Both the position numbers and the translations under genes were made by a program. A stretch of DNA of 64,000 nucleotides from a virus (Duplodnaviria; Caudoviricetes), in IMG/VR virus record IMGVR_UViG_3300009169_000019, positions 1 to 64,000 of that record. One strand, 5' to 3'. Each line of letters starts with the position of its first letter. Positions within the stretch are counted from its first letter, which is position 1. Positions 28,054-43,000 of the stretch are shown piece by piece. The notes below the pieces were generated by a model that was given only the letters and a program-made list of their open reading frames with translations, made no database searches and was not told the DNA's origin.

Positions 28054-31000
28054 TTAACATATTGATTTTAAGATGTTACCAATTTGAAGAGGAGTGTATC
28101 CAATACTTTCTAATAATTTACTATTTATTTTTGAAACAGGATAAGAAACTGCGTCTTTTAATGTAATTGTTTTACCACTTACAACTTCTGCACCTTCAAC
28201 ACTAGTGGATTGTTGAGATGACAACAAACGTTGTTGAGCTAACTTCAATCCTTCTAAGAAAGCTTTATCAATTAATTCATTTGTATTATGTGTAAAGTTT
28301 TCATATTGAAGAAGTTTTTTAGCAGCTTCTGAATTAGGATTTTGAATAAAGCTTTCTACAACTAAATCTTTCATTATTTGTAAATTAGCACGTTTACCTA
28401 CCTCTGTAAGTTTAGGAGCTATTTTTACACCATATCCACCTTTTGCTACATAAGCATCGTAAGTAACTTTGTCAAACTTACCATTTTTATTTGATTGATA
28501 AGCATGTTCTACACTTCCGTATTCTCTAGTGACACCATCAATACTTTCATAACTAAACTTTCGTGGAGCTAAATTAGATAATATTCTTGTAGAAGTGGTT
28601 GATTCAGCTTGTCCCCAATATACATTAATAGTTCCTTTAGGTTGAACACTAGCGGATGGTTGGACCACTTTAGTTGCAGGAGTTATATTATAAAGATGAA
28701 CGCTACCTCCATCCATCAATGTTTTACCTGCATATTTAGCACCTTTTTCAAAATTAGCCCATGTACCAAATCCCTCAGCTTTAGCAAACTCATCTTTGGT
28801 GTAAGAAAATCCATTACCTACAACTTTATCTCCCTGAAGTTTTACAAACCCTCTGTGAGTGATATTAACTAAGTTACCTTTATCTGTAGTGTATACACCA
28901 TCTCCTTTATAGAAAGAATTATGATAACTACTGTTTCTTACAGTGGTTGTTGCTTGTCCAGTTTGTACCCAATCTTCAATAATATTTAATTTAATTTCAC
29001 CAAGGGGTTGTTGTTTTTGTATAGATGTTTGTAAAGTTGGTTGATTTAATATTGTAGCAGCAGCTTGTGGATTTAATTGTTGTAATGTTTGTATTGCCGC
29101 TTGTGTAGCTTCTTGAAGATTACGTAATGTCTCTTGTGTTACTGCTGGAACACTTGCTAAAGAACTTATTGAAGGTGTTTCTTCATATTGAGAAGGTTTT
29201 TTATATCCTTCAGGAGTAACAATATTATTCTTTTTAAGATTAGATTGTAACTGATTTTCCATTGATGTTTCGGTGTAATTTCTTCCATCACCTGAAGCAA
29301 CAATTGGTGAATAAATAGCGTATTCTCTTTCTTTAAATTTTCCTTGAATTGTTTTGTAACCAATTCTTTGATGAAGATAAGTGTCAAATGCTTTATAGAG
29401 CTTACCAAATTTCTTCAGTTTTTCAATCTGACTATCAGTTATTCCATTCTTACGTTTAGAAGTTGCAATGTATTCATAATTTGAATCAGAGTAATCTGTA
29501 TCTAATAATACATTACCTGTATACTTTTCAAACTTTTTAAATTGGGGTCTTATTACAATATTTCTATCAGATTTATTATTTTGATGAAATTGCTTCCATA
29601 CCAGATTAGGATCAATAGTAAATTCACTATTCATATATACATCTAATATACTATTAACCACTTGACTATACAAATGTGCGGGCAATATTTTAGTATAATT
29701 AATTGTACTATCTTGAAGACCTGACTGAAGAATACTAAAAATAGAAAGATTGTATACAAAGTTTTCAAGTTGTGTATTACCAGAAGCCTTTGCGTAATCT
29801 AATAAATTGTTTATAGACTCAATTAATACATCATTTTTAAATGTAGTCATTTTATTTCTAAACAGTTTAATATTATCTTGATCATCAACATTATTGGCAA
29901 ATATAGGTATTAGTTCTTTAATTGCTAAATTTTGAGATATGTTATAATCTTCAGAATTTTTAAGTAATTGTAATTGTTTAGTGATAGAATTTTCTCCCAT
30001 CATTAATTCTTTAAACTTAGCAGATATATTTGTTTCAATCTCCCCAAGTTTAAAATTTGTATTCTGAATAACATATGTAATAAAAAATCTCTGATATTTA
30101 TTTATTAATAATGACTTATCATCATTGGAAATAAACTTTTCTCTGTCTTCTAAAAACTCATACATTTTTTCAAATACAGGATATGCTCTTCTATCTAATG
30201 AAATAAACATGTTTTCAAATACGGAAAAAAGATCTTCTTTTTGTTTTTTCATTTCCCCAATAAATGTCTTATCTAAAATAGAATCCGGGTTCTTAATAAA
30301 TCCTGCTTCAAGCATTCTATTCCATCTAATAAGCTGCAATTGATTTTCAATAATAGTTTTTGTTTTTTTATTATCATATCCTATTGCACCAATAAATTCA
30401 GTAAGATAGCTTGACTGCTCAACATAATCTAAATAATCTGTTAATAACATAATCTGCATAGCTGCATCATCTTCTGTAATCTTATATTTAGGATTATTTA
30501 GATTTTTAATTGCATTCTTTAACTCATCTACTGTTGGCTTTTTATACTTGTTTTTGATTTCATTAATTCCTTGAAATAATTTTTCTTTAAGAGCTTTTAT
30601 TTCCACTCTTAAATTAATCACTTCTTGTTCATTAAGACTTTCTGTAGTATTTAATATATTTGTTTTTTCATTAATCTGATCAATAACAGAAGACATTTCA
30701 TTATTGTATATTTTCACATATTTAGAAATACTATTAATAAAAATTTGCTCTCTAAAAGTTACATTTTTATTTACTTTTCTGAAAATTGAGTTATTCATGT
30801 TTTCTGACTTCATAAAATTCTCAACAGCAGGTTGATTAAATAAATATGCAATTTCTTTCATTGGCACCCCAAGCTTTTGTAAATAGAACCAAGTGCCAGC
30901 AGTATTAAAATTAATATTTAAAGAAAATACAAAAGGATCTTTAGCAGCATCTACAAATCCAGAAAGTGCTTCAGATATATTTTCAGAAATCCATCTACCT

Positions 31001-34000
31001 TCAGCATCTGTTTTAGCATTTATGTAAAACTCACCTAATTTAGACTCGTTATGAGAAAGATTAATACTTATTGCTTTTACATATTTTCCATCTTCTGTTT
31101 TAAATTCGGGATCATATTTAACTAAGAATTTCATTTTTGAAACTTCATACTTACCAGATAATACAATATCTGAAATTTGTGACATAATGTGACTTGTAGA
31201 TTGCAATGCTGCAATACCAACAAGACGCTTACCAGTTAAATATCTTTCACGTGTTTCAGCTGATTGAATAAATTTACGAAGAGCAAGCATAGAATTTTCA
31301 GCATCTTTCTTTCCTTTAAGATCATTAATTTCATTAGCTAATGATTTAAGAGTGGCTGTACTATTAGGCATTATAAGCTGACGATAGTTTTCTGGCATGG
31401 AAATTAATTCTTCCATAGTTTCTCTTAATTCATTTTGAAGAGATTCCATACTATCTTGTCCGATTTCTACATATTCAATACTTTCAATAATGGGTGTAAA
31501 TGCTTTATTATTAATCCTATTATTCTTAATAACATCTTTACGATATTTATTATACTTTATTAACGCATCTTTAAATGTAGTGTAAAAAATATAATCTTCA
31601 CCAGTGATGTTTTGCGCAACTAAATAATCTTCAAGATCTCCAAATTTACCCAATCCGCTTCCAGCTGAAAATTGATTTAAATCTTCAACCATGTCTTTAA
31701 ATTCTTCTTCCGTAAGATTTTTAATTTTATTTTTTACAGTTTTTGGAAGATCTTTATAATAGTCAGTTGATTTAAAATCATTTATTGTTTCCTTAGTGAA
31801 TCTAGTATATTTTAATTTATAATTAGGAATATACAAATTCATTTTATCAATATCAAAGTCAGATCCTGCCTTACCTACTATTTCAGTAGGCACTACAATC
31901 ATATCTCCACTTTCTCTTGGTAAAAATCCTTTTACTACTATATTTTCAATAGAGTTCATACCTTGTGTTGGAATACGAAAACCAATCATATTAAGAAGTC
32001 TCTTATCCATGTTTGCTGGTATTTGATAAACCCCATTTACAAGTTTCATTCCAAAATCTTCAGGTTCAACATTTTCAAAATACCAGGGAATATAAATTTC
32101 CATTTTGGAAATCTTTCCATCTTTTAATTCATAGAATTTTAAATCAGATGATGTAGGAATAAGAGATTTAGTTTCATCTTCTGTTAACTGATCATCGGGT
32201 TTCATCTCAGTATATACACCGTCTTTTAAATACATCATGGTTCTGTTGGTAGAATTGTATCCCGTAAATGCAACCTGTACAGCAGGTTTACCAAACATTT
32301 TAGCAGATATAACTCTGCTATCCATTATAGAGTTTAATATATTATCTATTTTATCTCTATTAGCTAATGTATCAAATCTATATAACAATCCTTTAGTGTT
32401 AGGATTTACATCAAGTGCATCAACTAAATTAGAGGGAAGATCTCGTTTAGTTAATTCTTTACGTAAAAGATTAATCATGTTAGTGTAATCATTTACGGTG
32501 TAACTACCATCTTTTTCTTTTGTTATTCCTAATTCAACTAAAAGTTGTTCTTTACCTTTTTTAACTATATTTTCAATAAGTCTATTATAATTTGTAATTA
32601 ATACTTCTGCTCGATCATTAATATATTTACCATTCACTTTAAAATTAGACATGATAAGTTTTGTAAGCTGAGTACCTCTAACTACTTTGTTTTTATAAAC
32701 AGCAGGTTGTTCAGATTGAATACCGTAAAATTTAGTATATAGTGATTGAACTGGTAATCCAGAAGGTAATTGCCATTGTTTATTTTTTAATTCAATATTA
32801 ACTGCACCATCATTTTTAATTATAGAAACAAACTCACCAGTTTTAGGATTAAGCATTGCCCCCACTTTTTCACCAGATTCAAATCCAATAACATCTATTT
32901 GATTATTTTGTGCAGCTAAATATAACTTTTCATATTCAGTGCCCTCAACACTTCTGTAAAATTTAGGTTGTACCGAGTGTTTTAAAAATACAGTGTGCAT
33001 CATTGATGTGTTCACTGCATATCCAAAGTATTGAGGTTTAATTACAGGAAGAGGCACGTTAGGATTGCCTTTTTTAAGAATTCCTTCTGCCCATTTAACT
33101 GCGTATTTTCCTTTGTTATATGTTTTATATGCAGGATCTGTTTTAGATTTATTAGATCTTGCAACAACTTCATATGCAATTTCATAATCTATTTGATCTA
33201 ATTGTTTTTGAGAAAGCTTACCACTTAAAAATAACATGTCCCTATACATATCACTCATAATCCAACCTTGACCATCTGCCTCATTTAATTCTACATATGC
33301 TTTAATTTCTCCTGTAAATTTACCATCTTTAAGAATAAAGTTCTTAAATGTACCATCTTCATTAAAATTTGCACCCACTCTATTTTGTGCTTCTGTTAAA
33401 GATATACCATCTAAAAGAATCGACTTATATAAATTTTCAGCTATCTGCTTGTAAAAATTAGATACGGCAGTTACATCTTTAAATGATATATTTTTAAATG
33501 TTTGAATCTTTTCAGAAGCTCTTATTTTTTCATCAAATCTAGGAATTAAACTATCCATTTTAGATATAATGTGAGGATTGTCTACTATCGCATCTTTGGA
33601 CGAATTGATACCATTAGCACGTTTTGCCAAGTCTTTATAAAGAGCAGGGTGTCCATATAACAATTTATGTTGTTCTGTAACTGCAAGTTCTTTATTTATT
33701 GTAATATATTTTACAAGTTTTTCTAATTGATTTCTTGTTATGTTACTACTATCAATTTGAAAATAATCATTAAGCACTTGAGTATTAATAGCATCCGTTG
33801 TAAATTGATCTTCTGTAATCTGATTTATAATTCCAAGTTCTATCAATGCATCAATTGTAAAGTTTACAGTTTCTTTAAGATCGTTTTTAATAAGTTCTTT
33901 GATGACATTATCTGCTAAAAATTCTTCTTTAGTTATTTTACCAGCAAGTAAGTTTTCAAATCTAACCTGTAATCCTGATTTTCTTTCACCTGATTTTTTA

Positions 34001-37000
34001 AGTTCCTTTTCTGTTTTAAATTTAAGAACATCTTTAAAGTGACCAAGATATTTTACATTATCACTATAATATTGAATATTCGATTTTAAAGCTTTTTCTA
34101 CTATTGCGGCATCAATTTCATCCTCTAAATGTTGTAAATAAATATCCAACACCTTATTAAAGTTAGGATTGTCAATATCATATTCAGCTATTCTTGCACT
34201 AATAAAAGGTTTAGAAAATGTTAATCCAAATTCTGAACTCTTATCTGAATTAATAATTGTAAAATAAATTGGTTTCAATCCTTCTTTATCTGCATTTATT
34301 ATATAATTAATTTCTTGCATTATCCTGTCAGGATATGTAAGATTAGCTGTATCAACACCATTTGTATCCATTGAAGTTACACCAGAAATAAGGGTGTAAT
34401 CAATGTTATTTTTTTTATTACCATTTTCATCAAATATTAATCCTCCTGGTTTTAACAATTGTGAATTAGTTTGATACGCAAATACATTCACAACTTGTTC
34501 TCCATTTTCATCATATCCCGCTGTACCAAATTGAGGATTCGATGCTACAAAATCAGCAAGTGTTTTAGATTCATTTAATGAAGAAAGAACATAGTTTATG
34601 CTAGCAGGCAATGTAATAGAATATTGAGTTTCTCCAGAAGCTGTTGTATGAGTTAAGACTGAGCTATCGTATCTCATTATTTTCTCAATATCAATTAGCT
34701 TTTTCATATTACCAGACTCAGGTCCAATATTAGAATATAAATCTGCAATATTGATTATGCTATTTTCTTCATTACTAATAATTGAATTTTTAATTTTTAT
34801 AAAAGAACTAATAACATCAGATCTTTTGTTTATTATATTCAAAGGAATATCAGAAATAGTTTTGTTTTCTTTATATTCAACTCCAGTAAATGCTACACCC
34901 ATATCTTTTAAATACAGTAATGCTGTTTGAATAGATATGTTTTTATCATTATTATTTTTTAATTTTAAAAACTCTCTGTATTGAACGCTTTTTTTATCAA
35001 ATACAATATTACCTGTATCATCAATTCCTAAAAGCTGATTATTATTTTCTTCTTTATCAGTTACAAGCTTAAGATTTCTTGGAAGTTCTCCCTGCCATTC
35101 TTCACGAATTCTATCTTCATTTGTGCTCTCTAAAGCATTCATTAAATAAATTGAAGAATCTTCGTTGATGATAAGTTTTGAAGGTGTATTTTTTTTATTC
35201 ATTAAGCTTTTTTCAAAGCCAATCAACAATTTTAAATCATCAATGTTTATATTTTCCTTTGTAAAATAATTAATTGCTTCACCTGAGTATTTTAATCTTT
35301 TTTTCAATTTGTTAATCCATACAAAATTAGGTTTGTATTGATTAACTTTTTTATCGAAATACTTTTCATCAAGTTTTTTAAACATTGCTTTTAAAGCATC
35401 AACAAACAACACTTCTCCGTTTTGATCAACTTCTAATTTAGAATATGTACCATTCAATTCATTTAAAAGTAAATTTAATGTTGCATCATAATCAACAAGT
35501 TCAGGTAAATTTAACGAATTTTTCTTAGTGTATATTTGATTTGTTTTAGAATCATATATATCTTTAGTTAAACTACCAATGAGAATTTTAAATGACGTAG
35601 CAGTTAATCTTCTAGGATCTATATAGATTGTGTCTCTAATACCAGAAGTATCAACTACATCTAATTCATTAGGAGCACTATCTTCTTCAGCACCATCTTT
35701 TACTTCTGCAAATTGTAATCCATACTTTTGTAATGATTGCTTTAATATATTATATACAATTGTTGAATTTTGAAATGCATTTTCAATCATTGACGCATAT
35801 CTATTCTTTTCACTAAACTTGTTGTATGCAATATTTTTTATTTCATTGTTTTCTTCTACTGTTAAATTTCTACCGATTTGTTTTTGATAATTAATAAAAG
35901 TTGGTGCAAAATAATTTGTAAAAAATATGGATCCCTGTCCAAACAATTGTTCATAAATATTAGACATACTTGTTTCAAAAAGCTTTCTTAATATTTTATT
36001 ATTGTTTTCATCTTCTGTAAGAAGAGATTCAATATTTAAAGAAATAAAGTTTCCTTTATTATCTGTAAATAAATTAGGATTATGAAGATTCTGAAAGAAA
36101 TATGAACTTAACCCATCAATAAATTGTGTAGTAAATTCTTGTGTTGTATTTGGTACCACCTCTCTATATGATGTACCCATTTCAGAAATATCCCTAGCAA
36201 ATCTTACATTGGAATAATTACCTGCATTAATTTTATTAAAGAGTTTATTAATGGCGGATTCACCTTCAGATTTTTCTTTTTTAGAAAGACCTACATATTT
36301 TTTTATTGTGCTCCAAAGATCTTTAAAGAACTGTTTAATTTTTCCAAAAAATCCTTTTTCTTCAGTGGATATTTGTTCTTGTTCAGAAAGAATATAATTT
36401 CTAAATTCTTCAGCAAGCATTTCTCTAACATCATAGTGTGATGCTTCAGAATAATTTTTTGTTTCTTTTGAGAAAGGATTAGTAAAACTTCCTTCTCTAT
36501 TTCTAAATTCTTCAACAAATTCATTCTGTTCTTGTACAGTTAGATAGGCATTCCAAACGGCTTCAAATGCTTCATGAAAACCGGTTCCTATTTCTGCATT
36601 TTCATATATATAAACAATACTATTTTTAAAAGCACCCCAAGCTTTTCCATCAATTAATTCTGCAACTTTAACAACTTTAATATTTGGAAGTTTTGATTTA
36701 AACCATTCTTCTACTTTTTTAAAATCTTCAGTTTGTATTACAGATTGCTCAAGTTGTAATCTATATGCTTCATTGGGTTTAACACCACCTAATCCAGCAC
36801 TAAGAATATTTACACCACCACTTTGATTAAATGCTTTTAATGCTTCTTCTTTTTCTGATTCAGAAAGAGGTTTTGGTTGTTCGGGAGAAACAGGTTCTAC
36901 AAAAATACCCTGAGCTTGTATTTGTTCTAATCTTTTACCAATTGAAATAGGTTCAGTTTCAGCATTAATATTTTTACTGACTTGTTCAGCTACTGGTTGT

Positions 37001-40000
37001 GATTCGGTTTTAAAACTAAATGTAGGAATTTGTCCAGGAATTAATGTTATAGATTCTGGATTTGTATTTTGTTTAATTTCGGGTTGTGCTGTTTCTTTTT
37101 CAATAGACGACACATCAGTAGCTGTTCCAAATTTAAATATTGGAATTTGACCAGAAACTAATTGAATTGCGGCACCACCAACTCCAGGTATTGTTACAGC
37201 AGATTGATTTTTATAATTAATAATAGGTTTAAAATCATCATCAACATTTCTATATGTAAGATTTGAACTTTTAACTTGAGGAGTGTTCACATCTGTTTCA
37301 CTATACAATGGTGTATTGGTGTATACTACAGGAGTAGATGTTTTAAATAAATATTCTGTGTAATTTGAATATTCCGCGTCTATAATTACATTATTATCTT
37401 TATCTACTACCGGAACATAGAATGGAATATTTGTTTTTGTTAATAAAGAGTTATTAACCTGATGTCTTAATTCAGAAACAATATCTTCTTTATTTTCTTC
37501 AATGATAGATGGGTTTAAATCATACGGAGTTCTACCTCTATATAACATTCCAGTTTGATTAATGTAGAACTTATTTTCCGATTCAATAACATTATCATCA
37601 GTTGCCCAAAATACCAATCCTTTAAAATATGATAAAATTAAATTTTTGTTTGCTTCTTCATCGGTAGTTAATTTTTCAACTTTTTCTTTCTGATAAATTT
37701 TTGCATAATATTTAAGCAGACTAATAAAGTTATCTTTTTCTTCTTGGGTTAGCTGTCTATTAAACAATCTAAAAATCTGACCATCATCTCTTTTCATATA
37801 AAGACGACCGGGCTTAATACCATCAGATTTATCTGTAGCAACTTTTAGTTTAATACCTTGACCATTTGGATGTCTTAAATTAGCAAAGTCAGTTGTATTT
37901 TCTTCAATAACTCTACCTTGTAATTCAAGTTCTTGAGGTAATCCATTTTCTCCCATTGGAAGCATCACTTGCTGACCTACAGTTTTTCCAGTGATAGGAA
38001 TATACATATCAGCATTTTCAGAAACAGTAGCTCTGATATTTTTTACAAAATCTCTATATTTAAAGATCATGTTGGTTATCTGCTCTTTTGTAACACCTTT
38101 TGTAGTAAATCTTTCTTCCACCCATTCTACCGCACTGCTTATATCACCAAATAATTGTTCTTGATTCATCCTCAAACTTGTATAAACAATATTATCAGAT
38201 GTAGGATTATCTATTTTGTTTCCAACTATATCAACCGGAAAATAATTTTCACCTTCTTTTCTAACTACAACAACTTTAATATCATTTTCATCAATAGTAA
38301 TATTATAAGGATCATTAGCTCTTGTTACAGGCATTAAAAAATATTCACCACCTTCTACGTTTACATTATCAGTAAATTTAAAAAATCTAGCATTACCGCT
38401 TTCTTGATTTATTTCTGTATCATTTTTATCTATATAATGTCTTCCAGTAGTAAGATATAAACCTGTTAAACCAATAAGAGGTCTTTTAAATTCATCTTCG
38501 CTTACAAATAAATCATCACCATTAACAACTTCTACAATATTTGCATCAGGATTTAATTTTGCGTTTTTAGCTCTTTCAGCAGTTGTGGTTTCAAATTGAA
38601 TTCTTCTTCTTTCTTTTATATAACCAACTTCTTCAAATAATTCATTTTGAATATATTTTAAAAAGTCAACTCTTTCTTGAAGTGTAGATAGTTCTCCAAG
38701 TTGTGCCGATGCTTGTTGAAGTCTTTGTAGTTTTGGATAGAGCTCATTATTAATTTTATCAAATGCATTTTTTGCATTTTTAAAAGCACCACTTAAATTA
38801 AATACTACTTGACTATATAAATTATTTTGAACAATCCCCTTTCGTAAAAATTTTAAAAATTCTATTTTATCTGCATCTTGACTATTATCTTCTATTTCTT
38901 TCAAATATTTTGTAAGCCATGCTTTGCTATTATCACTATTAAGTATATCAATTACATCAATATATTTACTTAATTTTTTCCAAATTTCTTTTGCTCTTTC
39001 AGAAAATTCTTTAAACTTTTCAATTAATTCTTTAAGTTCTTCAATTTCAAACTCCGTATCTTCTACAAGTTTATCTACCTGTTCTTTGCTATATCTTTTT
39101 GTTATTAATTCTTTTCTATAATCTTCAAGTTTAGATTCAGCTTCACCATAAATTGTACCAGTTTCATCTGTTTGAAAAACTTCTTTAGTTTTTTCAATTT
39201 CATCTAATGCATTATAATAGTTATTTCTTGCTTCAACAAGAGATTCATTTAATGTATTTAAATCTTCTAATTCTTCATTTAAATTAACAATGGTAGATTC
39301 AATAGATTGAATAGCATTTGGAAAACTATTAATCTTTTCTTTCATTTTAATATACTCAGCCTTCTTTCTACCTGTTTTCGAAGGAGGATTTTTTTCTATA
39401 TAATCTTGCGCACTAGCAAGTTCTTCCTGAAATAATTCTAATTCAGCTTGTAAATCCTGAAGTCTTTTACTGTTGCTTTCTTTTTTAGCTTTTGTTTCTT
39501 CAAGCTTTTCTTCAACACGATTAATTAAATTAACTAATGCTGATTGTTGATCTTCTAAATCTTGAACATTTTGTTTTTCTGCTTCTTGTAAAAGAATTTC
39601 TTTATTTATAGAATCAATAATTAATCCAAATCCAGAAGGCTGTCTTTTAAGAGCATATTTCTCATAATACTTTAAATTGAAAGGTACTTTAATAACTTTC
39701 ATTTTACTCTTAGAATTAGGGTTTTTATACTGCATGTAGAGTTTAAAAACTCCATCTTCAGTGTATTCACCAACAAGAGCAGCATCAACACTTACACTTG
39801 TATCTGTATAATCATTTTCGTCAAGTCTATGAGGCTTACTATATTTCTTATTAATTTTAATTCTAAACTGCTTATCTCTATTTACATAGAAAAACCTTTC
39901 AAATAAATCAAGATTTTTAAAATTTTTAAGAAGACCAAACTCATTAGCAAATTCTTCTGCTGTTTTAGTTTCCAGAGTTGGTTGATAGTTTAATTGATAT

Positions 40001-43000
40001 GTAATATTATCACCTTCAATAGAAACTATTTTAATAATATTTTTTGTATACTTTGATTTTTTTAATTTCTTATCTTCTGTAAGATAAAAGTTATTTTCTA
40101 CAATTTGAATACTGCCAGGCTCACCATTAATGTCTACTACATCAATTGTAATTCTATTTGCATTCTCATCATAGATTTCATCTAATTGTTCTGCAATAGA
40201 ATTTGCCTCTTCTATTGTTTCAAATTTATCAACATACGTACCTTTTGGAGAAAAAAGCACATATTTATTTTTAAGTCTTAATACAAAGTGTTTATTATTT
40301 TTTGGATTTTTTTCAATATAATCCTTACCTGCATCCTCATACATTTTAGTGTCACCCATCATTTCCATAATTTCACCAAGATGGGCTTGATGCAATCCTT
40401 CAAAGCCTGCTGGATTAGCAATAGTATTAAAATAACTTACAGCATCTTCAAAGTCTGTTTGTAAACGAAGATAGTCAAATATGTCCCCTACAGCATTATT
40501 AATAACATCTGTAGTGGTAATTACACTAACATCCGGGTTATCAAGTTTTAATATTTCAGATATTGCTTGTGAATTTTCTTTTAGAAACTCTGCTTTAATT
40601 TTTTTAATTTCATCAACGTTATCTCCAGCTTCTTCAATTTGTGCAGAATATTTTTCAACACTTTCTTTATATTTATTAAATAAATCGAGTTTTTGTTTTT
40701 TCTCCTCTTTTAATTTTGGATCAGATGTTGCTTCAAACTCTTTTTGTAAAAGTTCTAATTCTTTCTTAAGAGTAATGGAAGGAGAAGTTAAAGAATATAA
40801 AGAATTAAAATTTAAATTAGGAAAATTATTTTTAATATTAGTAAGAATTTCTTTTTGTCTTTTAGCAACATCTAAATAAGTAGATTTAGAAAAAGCCATT
40901 TGATTAATTGCTTCTTCTGCTGCCATATAGTTTGCAACTTCTGCATTATATTCAGGAGTACCCACCTTATAATTTTTTGGATTATAGGGGTTTCCATAAT
41001 TATCTCTTATTTTTTCATAAGTGTCTTTTACTTCTTTTACTTTTGATTCAAATGTACTAACCAACCCAGTCATTACATTTTTAGATTGTTCTTCTGATAA
41101 TCCATCATAAAGCGAACCTGCATATGCTTGTTTAAATTCATCTGGATTAAGATCACTGATAGATTCTTTCATTCTATCAATAATAACATCCTCCATTCCA
41201 GACTTTACAATGTTTAATACATATTTATTAATAAAGTCATTTTTACTATCCCAATATTCTTTTTTTCTACCTTCTTTTCCATTTAATCTCATAGAACTAT
41301 CAAGCTCAACAAGAGATCTGTAAAAATCAGTTTTATTGTTAGTGGATTGATTTAATAAAGCAACAAGTTTATTTCTTTCTTCATTTGCTCTTTGTACACT
41401 AGATTTATATCCATCTGTATTAACTGTTTTATCATATAAGCTTTTTGCACCTTTTATACCACCACCTAATACATTTAAAATACCACCAGTTAAAAAACCA
41501 CTCATGAATGTTTTTAAACCATCCATGGTAAGTTGTTCTTTAGCACCGGCATATAGAAAATCATTAATTCCTTTTTGATTTAATCTTTGCTGTTCTGTAC
41601 CATAATTATATAAATACCATTGTTTAGTAGCACTATCAATAACATCTTGTCCAGTTTCTTGTAAACCCTCAACTACATTTGTTTTAGCATATTCTAATGG
41701 AAACTTAATAAGTGTTTTAAATGGAGAAGTTTTTAATTGATGTGTAAAGGCAGCAACTCCTTTCTTTGCAACAAATAAATCACCACCTTCTTTAATTGTT
41801 TTCTTAGTGTTAGTGAATATACCTTTTGCTACTAAATCATCATCTAAAAATCTAGTTCCTTTAAAAGTTCTCAATATACCATCAAATGCAATCTTATCTG
41901 TTAAGGCAATCCATGCTGCCTGAACTGCACCTTCTGTTTGAACTGTTTCAAAAGCTTTCTGTTTAAGTTTAGTTTTTAATTCTTCACTGGGTTCAAAACC
42001 ATTTATATTTTTATATTCTTCAATGGCAGTTTCATATGCTTCATTCATGACAGGTGCTACAGTAGCTTTTGCTTCTGTAATGCCTGCGTTAAGCATTCTA
42101 AGATCTCTATAGAATGCTCCAAAACCACGAGCTGTAGTTCTTAAAGCACCAACACCTTGACCAAATGCTCTTTGATCAATTCTTGCAACTTTAGAAAAAT
42201 CTGTTATATACTCAGCAGTATTCTGTAAAGGATTAACAAATTTAGTCACTGAGTTGTTAAATATTTTTCTTAATACATTTGTAGACTGTAAAGACTTTTC
42301 AAGATTTCTAGTATTATTAATTACTTTTCCTAACTTAGATGCAAGTTGAATACTTCTTGCTGCTTGAATTTCAGATGCACCACCAAAAGTAGCAGCAGTT
42401 AGCGCACTTAATGCAAATTCTTCTGCTGCTATTTCTAATACAGCTCCTATTGCATATCCACTTTGTTGTATCATATTGCTAAAGTTAGATACATTCCAAA
42501 ATGTATTTCTATCTTCTTGTGTTTGAAAAATATGATATTTATTATTGAAATCATTTTGCCAACTGTTAATAGCTTCAAGTTCACTTTGTTTAAATGGACT
42601 ATCACCTTTAAAAATATCCACGGTGTCACCCCACGAAAGAAACTGATCTTTCATCTGACTGAGTGCTAATGAACCAGAACCCATTATAGCATTAGATAGT
42701 TTATTCCAATTTGTTTGTGCACTACCGTAGGTTTCTTCAATATCCATTCCAGGAATAACACCAATATCTTGAAAATAATCAGATTGTAAAGCAGATTGAA
42801 ATCCTGGAACAGCAGGTGCTTCAAATCTTTGTGCTTGTATAAATGGATCTTGTTGTAACTTTTGTTTTCCAAGTGCCATACCGCGATCTATATCGGCATC
42901 TGATAATCCTATCAATTTATATTGCGGTTGACTTGTAGAAGTTAATTTATCAAATGTTAATTTATCAAAATTTAATTCTTTAAAGGGATTTTCTGGAACA

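Noticed and set aside
28040-28070. Frameshift or readthrough fusing vRNAP to the 700-aa gene
   Set aside because: Clean TAA-T-ATG coupling, no slippery run, and distinct terminal motifs argue for separate proteins.
37010-37160. Short repeat (IQLVSGQIPIFKF / ITLIPGQIPTFSF) in a vRNAP linker
   Set aside because: Only two degenerate copies in a low-complexity linker; no evidence of function.
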